From assembly GCA_051294375.1 (NCBI GenBank), contig JBJCIZ010000868.1:9988-73987 (forward strand): a stretch of 64,000 nucleotides of DNA, written 5' to 3'. Position 1 is the first letter of the stretch, and each line of letters begins with the position of its first letter. This stretch comes from Paraspadella gotoi (lineage: Eukaryota; Animalia; Chaetognatha). The position numbers were made by a program, and so were the translations under genes. This document shows positions 51,831 to 64,000 of this stretch, piece by piece. Below the pieces are notes generated by a model. That model saw nothing but the letters and a program-made list of their open reading frames with translations. It was not told the origin of the DNA and ran no database searches.

Positions 51831-52469
51831 GAATAAGGTGAGGGGGCAGTTTCAATTTGTTTAAAACGCAATTTCAATTTGTTTAAATTCAACGTCGTAG
51901 AAAAAGTATAACTGGTAATAACGGAACATGCTGAGCCTAATACTTAGCAGAAGAAATCGCGGATTATTCCTTTCTACAGAGAGTGGAAGAAACTCAGCTA
52001 CGTCGTAGATAGATCGATCAGACCCATTCATTCACTACAAACATTCTTTTAGCTTTCTCTCATCCTTGATTTCGCTCAACTCCAACATTAGAGTTTAATT
52101 GGAGACTTTTATACATCAACGAATAATAATAGAAACAGTAAACAACCACTGACCGACCAATCCTTGGTAGATCGATATCCATTTTATTCAATGGACTAAC
52201 AGAGGAACTAACCATATTTTCATTCTCCCTTCCAGACACTCAACGAGCGGCTGACGCTACTTCATTGGAACGGAAATCTCGGTCGATGCCCTTTTGTTCC
52301 ACGATCCTGGCTTGCTCGTTGCGAACTCAGACGTAGCGCTACAATCAATCGTAATTAAGAGATGAAAAGATGAAAATATGAATAAATGAATAAAATGTAG
52401 TAATGAACAAACAGACGTAGAATTATTGTTATTGATTGAACACTGTTGAAAATAGATTAATAATCATAG

Positions 52470-55400
52470 TTACAACACCTTTTGACTTGAATCGTCCAAA
52501 TAATAGTCAGTTAATCTCGGGGGCAGCTTCCTCGATCGGTTCGAGCGCCTAGCAGCAGCTTCGCTAGCGCTCAAATGATGATCAATAACTTCATCGTCCG
52601 ATTCAGACTCTCTTCCGGTTTTGTCGTCGAACGGTTCCTCTTGTTGACCCATTTCCATGATGATGGCTCTCTCAACAACTGGGCGCAAATGATTTGCATG
52701 AGTCACCCGTTCCTTGCCGGACTTTACGTCTCGAATGATGTAATTCACATCGGACAACTTTTTGGTGATTTCAAAAGTGGAATCAAAATATTTAGGAGCA
52801 AATGCTTTAGCTTCATGGGCGGCTATCGCAAACTTTCGGTAAAGAACTTTGTCACCAATATTAAACTCAGGAATTTTAGAAAGAAGATCATAATACCTTT
52901 TTTGTATCGCCAGCTCATGACCCATATGTTCCATTACGGCGCGGAACAATCTCGATTGCCTGTCTTGCAACCCTCGAACGGTGCCTGAAATAGTTTCTCC
53001 CGCGTTTTCCACCGGATAAACAAGCGTCATCGGAACAAACATTTCACTACCGGTGAGTGTTTTGAAAGGAGAAAAAGAGGTAGAACGATTTGGCGTCGCG
53101 TTAACTGCCAATTGTGCCTTCTTCAGGCGTGTATCCCATTCAGCGCCGTCCAATCGATCACCATCAGCATCCGGTTCCATCAACATGGCAGTCACGAGAC
53201 CTGAAATGGAGCGAATGTTTCTTTCAACCAAACCGTCTCCCATCGGATGGAAAGGAACCGTCTTTGTCTTGTGGATGCCGAGGAGATGATAGAAATCTTT
53301 TGCGGCGGCGCCATGAAACGTCGGTGACGCATCACTATGAAACGCGAATGGAACTCCGAAATATTCAATTTAATGCTCATACAATGCAGTAAGTACTTCT
53401 TCTGCAGTAACTCCTTTTAAACCAGCGAGAATAGTTAATCGACTGAAATAATCAGTGATAATCAATATATAACGGAATTTGTTTATGTTAGTCTCTCTTA
53501 AAGGGCCTTTAATATCAAATGCAACTCTTTCATTGAAATAACTGCAATAATCTTGTTGCAACGGGGCTTTACGGTTTTGCTGCTTTCTCCTTTGACATAT
53601 TCCGCACGAACGAATCCAGTCTTCGACGACGGCGGCCAAACCAAAAATGTAATATCGACGTTGGAGAAATTCAACCGTTTTATTCTGTCCCCAATGACCT
53701 TGGTTGTCGTGCGCTAAGCGCAGCAATTCCAAAACTGCATTCTCAGGTACCACGGCCAAATTCTTACCTTGTCCGTCCTTGCCCGTCCAAACTCGAACTA
53801 TTACATCATTACTTACCTTGAATTGGTCGAAACTTGCGTAGTACGACCTTAGTGCGGGACTTTCCTTACGCGCCTCTTTTCTTTCAGAACGTTGACCGGT
53901 CTCTATCCAAGCCTTGAGCTTGATCAAGTCCCCATCGCTCTCTTGTAACGGCCTCCACTTCCTCCACAGATCCTGTTGGATCAAGGCGTCCCCCAATCCG
54001 GGATCAGTATCGGATGTGGATGCAGCTGCAGCTGCGTCATTGGCCCGTTTTGCAACAGGAGCAACTACTACAACTGGAGCGACACCTTCCGACAATTCTG
54101 ACCAGTCCTGTTCTGGCACAGGATTGTTTCTCGCGAAGTCAATCCGACTCAACAAATCAGGCCCAATATTTTGCTTACCTGGTAAGTGCTTGACTTTGAA
54201 ATCTCCAAACTGGGCTAACTTACCTAGCGTTCTTATGACGAACGCTTGTGGGCGGCGACTAGACAACAGATTTGAGAGAGCAAAGTTGTCTGAATAGAGA
54301 ATAAAGTCGCATTTAGCCAGAAGATAATTATGTCGCCAGCATAGCCGTCGTGAGACTCTTAAATTCTCCTAAATATGAGGAATCAGGCGATTTCCTCGTA
54401 GTGGTCGACACATCAGGTCCTGTATGGACCTTACTTTCATAAAGGATGGGCCTTAACTTACCTGTGGCATCGTCGACTTGAGACAGAATGTAACTGGAGT
54501 TCAGAGCACTCCAGTCAGTCGCAAGGTGGAAAGTTTTATTAAAATCTGGCAACGCCAAGACAAGATCCGAACACATTATATCCTTGAGCTCTTCGAATGC
54601 TTTTTGACAAGCGTCACTCCAATGGAACTTCCGGTCCTTTTTGGAAAGCTCATAGAGGGGTTTTGCGATGCCAGAGAAATTCGGAACAAATCTACGATAA
54701 AAATTGCAAAAAGCAACGAACGACTGAACCTCTTTTACCGTAGTCGGTGTTGGCCAATTTCGGACAGACTGAGTTTTCATGGTATCCGGTTTGATGCCAT
54801 TCTCGTTTATCACGTGACCCAATAATTCAATTTCATTTTTACAGGGACTAACCTTGGAAGCCTTGGCCTTCAGTCCAGCAACTTCGAGCTTAGTTAAGAC
54901 CTCTTCCAAATGCACCACGTGTTCGTCGAAATCGTGATCGAAGACAATGATGTCGTCAAGGTAGGCGAGGCAGGTGGAGAAGGTGAGACCATGCCAGTTC
55001 CATCAGCTCAGTGAAGACGGCCAGCCCGCTTTGCAAACCAAATGGAAGAACGGTCCACATGTACCGACCGGCGTTTGGAACCTCAAAACATGTCAATGGA
55101 GCTGACTCAGGTAACATTGGAATCTCATGGTACCCATAATTTAAATCAATTTTCGAAAACCAACGCATGCCAGAGATATTGTCAAACACATCTCCCATTC
55201 TCGGGAGGCATTGCGTCCTGGGAACCGTAGACAGATTTAATTTCTGGTAATCAATGGCAAAACGTGCATTTTCATGCACGACGCCATGTTCATCACGTTT
55301 CTTGCACAATACCGGCCAGCTTCTGAAGCAAGATTGACTACAACGCGTGATGAGTCCATGTTCTTCTAGCTCACGCGCTTTCTCTTCCGCAGCCTTCTGT

Positions 55401-55525
55401 TTGGCCAGTGGAAACTGACGCGGCGGATCGATTACCGTTGTCACACCTTCTTTCAATTGCAGTTTACATTCACCCAATGACGTGCGGCCAATGTCCCATT
55501 GTCCGCGGCTAATAGTGTTGGACAT
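52470..55525 (-). mobile_element. pol: Gypsy C pol fragment (RT, RNase H, integrase), related to family B
   Basis: FSKIDLNYGYHEI; LPFGLQSG; YLDD; ATDWS; GHWG..CGICQ; VAFDIKGPL; GDGLVER; strong protein similarity to B1 pol. Confidence 0.92.
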
Positions 55526-55575
55526 AAACTCTCGTCGTGGTCCGTCGACCTTATTTACCTTTTGTAAAAGTCTTT

Positions 55576-55748
55576 GATGCGATAAACCTTTCGTTTTCGT
55601 TGTTGTTATGATTTAGAGAAAAAACAAAGTTTTTAATTGTGTTACAACGAATTTAATTAGAGATACGGACATGTTTCGGCTCACATTTCGAGCCTTCATC
55701 AGCGTTTGCCATTGTAACACAATTAAAAACTTTGTTTTTTCTCTAAAT
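55576..55748 (-). mobile_element. Mini Penelope-like fold-back insertion with intact minimal hammerhead
   Basis: Arms 55611-55647 and 55712-55748; minus strand acg-CTGATGA-A-GGCTC(7)GAGCC-GAAACATGTC-cgt; 35-nt tail 55576-55610; TSD TGTAAAAGTCTTT at 55563-55575 and 55748-55760. Confidence 0.85.
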
Positions 55749-55887
55749 GTAAAAGTCTTTAAAAATATAAACAATCGATATTTATTTNNNNNNNNNNNNN
55801 NNNNNNNNNNNNNNNNNNNNNNNNNNNNNNNNNNNNNNNNNNNNNNNNNNNNNNNNNNNNNNNNNNNNNNNNNNNNNNNNNNNNNNN

Positions 55888-58800
55888 AAGCCGCCGACCC
55901 AAGCTTGGGGGACGCTCCAGATAGTGAGGATCGGTGGAAGATGTGGCAACAGTTGCAGGAGGACGATGGGGATCTGACCAAGCTCCGTGCTTGGTTAGAG
56001 GCCGGCCAACGTCCTGAAGGAAAAGGGATCCGAAAAGAAAGCCCCGCCCTTCGATCTTATTACGCCAGTTTTGATCAGTTCAAAGTAAAGGACAACGTTG
56101 TCACAAGAATTTGGACAGAAACTGATGGAACTGAAAGTTTCCTGGCTGTAGTTCCGGAAAAGTTGATCCCAGATGTGATAAAGGCCTATCATGATGACAT
56201 GGGCCACTGGGGAATCAACAAAACCATTGAATCCCTTAGGAAAAGATACTTTTTCTTTGGGATTGCAGCTTCAGTAGAAGATTGGGTGAAATCTTGTAAA
56301 ATCTGCCAGAGACGAAAGCTCCACAACAGCAAAGCTCCTCTGCAGCAAGATTTCTGCTCCTACTTCAATGAGCGTGTGGAATGACATAAAAGGTCCGTTG
56401 CCAGTCACCAAAAAGGGTAATCGATATGTTATAATCTTTCAAGATTATTTCACGAGATTCTGTGTGTTGGAGGCCCTCAAAGGCATGACCACAGAAGAAG
56501 TACTGACCACATTGTACGACCGCTGGATAAACCACATATGGTTGCCCACAAACTCTCACACCAGTGACCGTGCTAGTAATTTCCACAGTGATGCTGCAAA
56601 AGATTTCTATACACTTGTTAAATATTAACAAGTCCAAAACGAAGCTTATCGATCCAATGGGTGATGGCTTGGTCGAGCGCCATCTCAGGTCCACTTCCGG
56701 TTTGTTGACATCCATGTTGATGGAACGGATGCGGACGGCGCCGTCTTGACGTTGCTGAATGGGACTCTCGCCTTAAAAAGGCGCAATATGCGATCAATTG
56801 CACACCTCACAATTCCACTGGCTTCAGCCCATTTAAGTTGCTGACTGGTTCAGAGATGTTTACCCCACATCTCTAGCATTTCCGGTCGACACGCCACGTC
56901 AATCCATTCCAGCTGTTGTCCGTGACTGCAAGATCGACCAGTCCCGCCTCTTCCAAGCTGTCGCCGAAAAAAATGGTAAATCACTCGCACCCAGAAAAGA
57001 TATTATGATCTCCGTGCTCAAATGCCAAAGTTTGAATCAGGTGATCGCGTACTTTACAAAAAATTTCGCGATCTCGCTGATGAAGCAAGTCGTTTTCTCC
57101 AAAATATCATGAGACAGAATTCGAAGTAGTTAAACGTCTTTCTGATTGTAAACTATGTAATTCGAAATTCACAAATGGGAACGAGAGAATCGTTCATGCA
57201 AATCATCTTAAACCCGTAGTTGAAAGAAAAAAGACCCAAACACAGAATGACTCAGTCTCGAATGCTGACAGAAATGATGATGAAAGGGATGATGAAAATA
57301 ACAAACAAGAGGGACTGCCTCTTCGTCGTTCAATCGAGAGAAAAAGTTACCAACCAGTCTAACAGATTTGATCTCGACTCTGGCTCAGCTAGATTCGTTA
57401 AAAAGGCAGCTGCGCCCGCAGCGCCTGCACTGCTGAGACACTCGTTCTCTGGGAAAAAAAGTGTTTCGTCCGAAAAAATATAATTCTAATTCAAAAATGG
57501 TAAAAAGTGAAAATAACTAGAATAAAACAAACAATAATATTTAACAGAATTACGGGAATGTGTCAGACCCGGGAGGTAAAGGCTCGGGGGCACAATCATC
57601 GTCGCCGTTGTCGTCCGTCTATCGTCCGTCATCGTCGCCGTCGCCCCCTCTCCTTTCATCGTCAATTTTCACTCTGTCTTTGTTCGCGATCTCCGCGTCG
57701 CCGCCTTCCGCCGACTTTGNNNNNNNNNNGTCGTCGTCGTCGTCGTCGTCGTCGTCCAGACCCGACTCAAGATCCGGGATCGGAAGTCGTCGAGGTTGGC
57801 ATCGGCAAAACGCCACCGTCGCCAANNNNNNNNNNGCTCCCATAGTGGCCCCGACGATGAAGATCGAGACTCCCTGGAAAGAAAAGTTTAATTTTTTTTT
57901 TTATTAATAAATTCGTTTTTTTTGCTTATGTCCATTTGTTTGTTCTTTTACCGGGNNNNNNNNNNNNNNNNNNNNNNNNNNNNNNNNNNNNNNNNNNNNN
58001 NNNNNNNNNNNNNNNNNNNNNNNNNNNNNNNNNNNNNNNNNNNNNNNNNNNNNNNNNNNNNNNNNNNNNNNNNNNNNNNNCCCCGCGATAGCGACAACAA
58101 CAGCAACATCGTTGGTGATCGGAAGGTCGGTCGAAACATCGCTGCTCACTGTCGGACTGGGAANNNNNNNNNNNNNNNNNNNNNNNNNNNNNNNNNNNNN
58201 NNNNNNNNNNNNNNNNNNNNNNNNNNNNNNNNNNNNNNNNNNNNNNNNNNNNNNNNNNNNNNNNNNNNNNNNNNNNNNNNNNNNNNNNNNNNNNNNNNNN
58301 NNNNNNNNNNNNNNNNNNNNNNNNNNNNNNNNNNNNNNNNNNNNNNNNNNNNNNNNNNNNNNNNNNNNNNNNAAGGATCCCGACTTTTCCGTTGTCATTG
58401 TTGTTGTTGTTGAAGCCTTCACTGGTTTGGACGAGCTCGTCAAGGAAGGCGAGATCGTCCGAGAGTGGAGTTGCGTTGTCGTCGTTGGTTGCAAAAAGAG
58501 AGTCGAGAAGCTAAGAGAAAAAAGTTTTGTCGATTGCGTCAACTAAGGCTGTCGAATAAACAAAAGATTCACCTCTTCAATATCTTCCCCGCCGTCGTTG
58601 TTTCCTTCTGTGGCTCCATCCGGGCCGGTGGATCGTCTAATATTGATAAAATAAATAAATATAAATAAATCTTAACCATACCATTTGTTGTTGTAATGCT
58701 GTATTACCATAATAAACGATTTCGTAATCGTATCCGTAANNNNNNNNNNNNNNNNNNNNNNNNNNNNNNNNNNNNNNNNNNNNNNNNNNNNNNNNNNNNN

Positions 58801-59427
58801 NNNNNNNNNNNNNNNNNNNNNNNNNNNNNNNNNNNNNNNAGAGAGAGAGAGAGAGGGGGTGTTTGCCCTTTACAACCCTCCCCCCCAAGGAGAGAAAAAA
58901 GGTGGGTAACCTTTTTTCATACATGTATATCCTTTTCACTTAATTTAAACGATCCTTTCNNNNNNNNNNNNNNNNNNNNNNNNNNNNNNNNNNNNNNNNN
59001 NNNNNNNNNNNNNNNNNNNNNNNNNNNNNNNNNNNNNNNNNNNNNNNNNNNNNNNNNNNNNNNNNNNNNNNNNNNNNNNNNNNNNNNNNNNNNNNNNNNN
59101 NNNNNNNNNNNNNNNNNNNNNNNNNNNNNNNNNNNNNNNNNNNNNNNNNNNNNNNNNNNNNNNNNNNNNNNNNNNNNNNNNNNNNNNNNNNNNNNNNNNN
59201 NNNNNNNNNNNNNNNNNNNNNNNNNNNNNNNNNNNNNNNNNNNNNNNNNNNNNNNNNNNNNNNNNNNNNNNNNNNNNNNNNNNNNNNNNNNNNNNNNNNN
59301 NNNNNNNGCTTACATCTTGCATTTACTATTCACCATGCAATTTACTCAAGGATTTTTCCAAACATTATTTTGCATTATTTCGATTCTGAACTTTGCAAAA
59401 GGGCAGAATTACGGATACGATTACGAT
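55888..59427 (+). mobile_element. pol: Gypsy B2 partial copy: integrase, antisense gene region, and a locally inverted LTR-end/3' UTR piece (58840-59427)
   Basis: Near-identical reverse complement of 38207-40830; GHWGINKT..CKICQ; 58840-59427 matches 33150-33720. Confidence 0.9.
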
Positions 59428-59429
59428 TA

Positions 59430-60890
59430 AAATGTTCCCACTCTCAAAGAATCCACCTCCTCAGGTTTGATTAAAATCAATCACAACCTAAACCCCAAAA
59501 AATATTCAAAACTCGGCAGGGGATTCCATCGCACCTGGCCAACTCCCTGAGGCCATTCCCTTCAAAACCATTTTTCCACTTCATCTTTTTCAATGGACTT
59601 TAACCCATTCTCGTTTTGTCCTTCGATCCAATTCTTTGTCCACACAACCCAAGAATTCATCTCAATTATTCCATTCTATATCTTCCTTTCACTAAACTAC
59701 CAATATAATGTCAATGAGCAAACCTCTGGACAACCCCTGCTGGAACCCTCCCTTTATCTTGTCCTTGTTTATCTCGTAAGCATAATTAATTTCCCCACAC
59801 CTCGATTTCAACTCTACTAAATAAGTAAATCGGCCATTGATTCAAAATGTGTGGTAACACGTGACAGCCTAATCCGCTCGCGCTTCCTTCTCTTTTCTGC
59901 TATCTTTCCTTGATCCAGACTAAATGAATTTTATTATAAAAAATTGATCCCTACCTTCTCGGAATCTACATTTTCAGCCTTTCCTTTCCTTCTACCTCTT
60001 ACAATTCTATCTCTCCCATTCTTTTCTCCTTGCAAAATCTATACTTACGCTGCGCACTTGGATGTTAGCACAGTCAAACCCAATTTTTTTAAATTATCCT
60101 ATATTCTCAAATTCATGTTATCTTCACCCAAATGTTCCCAAGTTTCCCTCACCATCCTAGAATAATCAAGATCACTCAAAGAGGGCCACATTAATTTTCC
60201 AATAACCACATCCTAGTTTCTATTTTTTGGAAATCTATCTTCAATAATTTATGCCCAATCCCTACCCCGGGACATGATTGGCTGGTAATTTTTATTCACA
60301 CCACAATTCATAGCCTCTTCACATAAAACTCTGGTCCTACCACTTATGTATCCTTCTGGCCCATTTAAAAGTAAATTCATTCGCGTTTCCCCTTTTAATA
60401 GTCTAAAAACATCATGCAACTTAAAATTTTATAGAGTAAAAATATCCCTTAAATTTCATCATAAGGTGTTTATAGTCAAAGCGCTTTCTATCTCTATTTT
60501 CTTCAACAAACTTAAATCACCTAATTATAACATTATTCACAAGGAATTATCAATCACATCTCTCAATTTATTTAAACCATGTACTATTACTGGAACCAAT
60601 CACTCTTTCCATAAATCACAATAAAATTAACCACGTTCCCAAAAACCCACTTTTTAATTTTTACTGACTATCCACCAGGTAAACTAACAACTCTTTTCAC
60701 AACTTTCCCAATCATCTGACACAATGCATAGATATTCCAGCATTAATCATCTCCATCACAGCTGGATATGAACACTGAATACCTTCGTTTCATATCATTT
60801 ACGGCCTGACATTAAGTTAGGCATCGTTCCTTACCAAATGTGTTCTCTTGGTCCCCAAAATTCCTAATCCTCTGTCAGCCATTAAAGTAT
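59430..60890 (-). pseudogene. Highly degenerate gag-like fragment of an unrelated LTR element
   Basis: Broken frames, e.g. FESMADLL..LVELKSRC..KIKGGFQQGL; purine-rich minus strand. Confidence 0.3.
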
Positions 60891-60900
60891 CCCAAGCAAC

Positions 60901-63900
60901 TGTGAGGGGCGCATCGAAAGTTATCTTAGCTTCTATGCGCACTTCCTCTCTTTATTGGACCTTGCTAGGCCAGCCGCCGTGTTTTTAGTGATAATCACCG
61001 ATTTTGGTGACCAAGTTTATTTGTCCACTGCTCATGAAGGAATCACAATAGCGCCAGCCTAATTACAACCTTACGTCTTCGTTGATCTTTTGCTTCTAGA
61101 TCTATTCTACAATATTCTTTTATAACTATTTAAATTATTACGATGGTTGTAGAGAAACAGTCCTCTAAAGCCTATGTGCCTGACCCTGAAATTTACAAGT
61201 TGCAATGTACATTGATCATGCGCAGACCGCGACGATTTTGGGGGTTGGCCCAAAATCGCCGTCTCCCATTGGAGCCGATAATTTATTTTAATTTATTTTA
61301 CACCAATCAGATACGTCCGGCCTCTTGAGTGGCAGCTTAAAGAAATAGTATTTATAAGCTTTTCCCCTTTACGAGTTATTTACGATGACAATAATGGTAG
61401 TGATCCAGAGAGAGACGAGAGGGAGAAGAGAGAGAGAGAGGGGTTTGCCCCTTTTACAACCCTCCCCCCCAAAGGAGAGAAAAAAGGTGAATAACCTTTT
61501 TTTCTACAGTATATCCTTTTCACTTATTTAACCGATCCTTTCTCTCACAAATCTAATATTTTTGTCCCCATTCATTTTATTTTCACCCTTGACCTCGCCT
61601 TTCCATTTATTACTTCTTTTTTTCCGACAATTGACCACCAGACGGTGGAAGTACACAGTTCTACAATTACGTAAGTATTACTATTCAACGGAATACATAA
61701 TTTCTTTAGGTTAAAGTTTAAAATGAACAAATTCAACGGTAAAATAATTCGAAAATCACAGAAATAAATTCTAGATTCAGTACGTAATTCAATTAAACTC
61801 TGATTGGATAAACAAAACATAAATTGGACAGAATCATAGCACGAGATAAATTTATGAACACAAAAAAAAAAAGCAAGTAAATATTCAATAAAAGATGTCC
61901 TTACATCTTGCATTACCTATTCACCATGCAATTTTACTCTAGGATTTTTTCAAACATTTAATTTTGCATATTTCAATTTTTGAACTTTGCAAAAAGGGCA
62001 GAATTACGGATTTACGATACGAAATCGTTTATTATGGTAATACAGCATTACAACACAAATGTATGCGTTAAGATTTATTTATATTATTTATTTTATCAAT
62101 ATATAGACGATATCCACCGGCCCGGATGGAGCCACGAAGGAAACAACGACGGCGCGGGAAGATATTGAAGAGGTGAATCTTTTGTTTATTCGACAGCCTT
62201 AGTTGACGCAATCGGACAAAACTTTTTTCTCTTAGCTTCGACTCTCTTTTTTGCAACCAACGACGACAAACGCAACTCCACTCTCGGAACGATCTCGCCT
62301 TCACTTTGACGAGCTCGTCCGACCAAGTGAAGGGCTCCACAACAACAACAATGACAACCGGAAAAGTCGGGATCCTTAATGACCACGCATATTACGTCGC
62401 CTTCGGGACCGATTCCTCTCATTGATCTCACCCAGACGACGAGGTCCGTCATTATCGACGACAGTTCGGCGCCACGGTGGACATTGGTAGGGAGAGAATG
62501 ACAATTACCCCTCGATTTCCCAGTCCGACAGTAGAGTCAGCGATTGTTCGACCGACCTCCGATCACCAACGATGTTGCTGTTGTTGTCGCTATCGCGGGG
62601 GCGTCCGATCACGGGGACGACAAAGAGGAAGGCGGAGGACGGTCGGGAGCAACGCCAAAGAGCCCCGACCTATTGCCTCCCAAAAAGGCGCGCAGCCACT
62701 GAGGAGTGATTCCACCTACTCTACTCGTATCCCGGTAAAGAACAAACAAATGGGACATAAGCAAAAAAAAAAACGTAATTTATTAATAAAAAAAAAAATT
62801 AAACTTTTTCTTTCCAGGGAGTCTCGATCTTCATGTCGTCGGGAGACTATGAGGCCATTTCTTTCGTTTGGCGACAGTTGCGTTTTTGCCGATGCCAAAC
62901 CTCCGACGAACTTCGATCCCGGATCTTGAGTGGGTCTGGACGACGACGACGACGACGACGACGACGTCACCCAACCAAAGTCGGCGGAAGGGCGGCGACG
63001 CGGAGATCGCGAAACAAGACAGAGTGAAATACGATGAAAGGATAGGGGGCGACGGCGACCGAATGACGACGATGACGACGACAACGGCCGACGATGATTG
63101 TTGCCCCCGAGCCTTTACCTCCCGGTGTCTGGACACATTCCCGTAATTCGTTAAATATTATTGTATTGTTTTATTCCTAGTATTTTCACTTTTACCATTT
63201 TTGAATTAGAATTATATTTTTTCGGACGAAACCACTTTTTCCAGAGACGAGTGTTCAGCAGTTGCAGGCGCATGCGGCGCAGCTGCCCTTTTTAACGAAT
63301 CTTAGCTGAGCCAGAGTCGAATCAAAATCTGTTAGACTGGTTGGTAACTTTTTCTCTCGAGTCTTGAACGTACGAAGAGGCAGTCCCCTCTTGTTTGTTA
63401 TTTTCATCATCCTTTCATCATCATATTCTGTNNNNNNNNNNNNNNNNNNNNNNNNNATTTCTGTCAGCATTCGAGACTGAGTCATTCTGTGTTTGGGTCT
63501 TTTTTCTTTCAACTACGGGTTTAAGATGATTTGCATGAACGATTCTCTCGTTCCCATTTTGTGAATTTAATTACATAGTTTACTACAGAAACGTTTAACT
63601 AGCTTGAATTTGTCTCATGATATTTGAGAAAACGACTTAGCTTCATCAGCCGAGATCGCGAATTTTTTGTAAAGTACGCGATCACCTGATTCAAACTTTG
63701 GCATTTGAGCACGGAGATCATAATATCTTTTCTGGGTTGCGAGTGATTTACCCATTTTTTCGGCGACAGCTTGGAAGAGGCGGGACTGTCGATCTTGCAG
63801 TCCACGGACAACAGCTGGAATGGATTGACGTGGCGTGTCGACCGGAAATGCTAGAGATGCTGGGGTAAACATCTCTGAACCAGTCAGCAACTTAAATGGG

Positions 63901-64000
63901 CTGAAGCCAGTGGAATTGTGAGGTGTGCAATTGATCGCATATTGCGCCTTTTTAAGGCGAGAGTCCCATTCAGCACCGTCAAGACGGTCGCCGTCCGCAT
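60901..64000 (-). mobile_element. Gypsy B3 partial copy: 3' LTR (60901-61458), antisense gene region, integrase C-terminus
   Basis: Indel-rich match to LTR 44932-45381, to 33184-33743 and to 38207-40015. It is the only copy with the antisense gene region contiguous. Confidence 0.88.

Noticed and set aside
58740-59427. Biological inversion in B2
   Set aside because: The piece is bounded by an N gap and overlaps the adjacent contig end by ~17 bp (TACGGATACGATTACGA), so contig mis-orientation is more likely.

Overview
This is repeat-dense eukaryotic (probably invertebrate animal) genomic DNA from an indel-rich, gapped assembly. From left to right it contains: (i) decayed Maverick/Polinton-like virus genes (protein-primed PolB with vOTU-like and EndoVII-like domains, an adenain-type protease, and a possible PC4-like gene) at about 1-11 kb; (ii) composite GA-microsatellite and minisatellite repeats, a LINE RT fragment and Helentron/DINE-like elements; (iii) exons of a minus-strand host gene with Cys-rich ephrin-receptor-like (GCC2/GCC3) repeats at about 20.9-21.3 kb and 46.6-46.9 kb, with very short introns; (iv) several Ty3/Gypsy LTR retrotransposons, namely one near-complete Mag-like element, one near-complete plus two partial copies of a second family (B), and a related family (C); (v) non-autonomous DNA transposons. 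Two things stand out. First, family B carries, between pol and the 3' LTR, an antisense gene with three short GT-AG introns that reconstructs into a signal-peptide + acidic ectodomain + TM + acidic-tail protein, and family C has a different antisense cargo in the same slot. Second, there are five Penelope-type minimal hammerhead ribozyme motifs, three of them in ~200-bp fold-back insertions with TSDs and a conserved tail. All family assignments come from motif recognition by eye; no searches were run.
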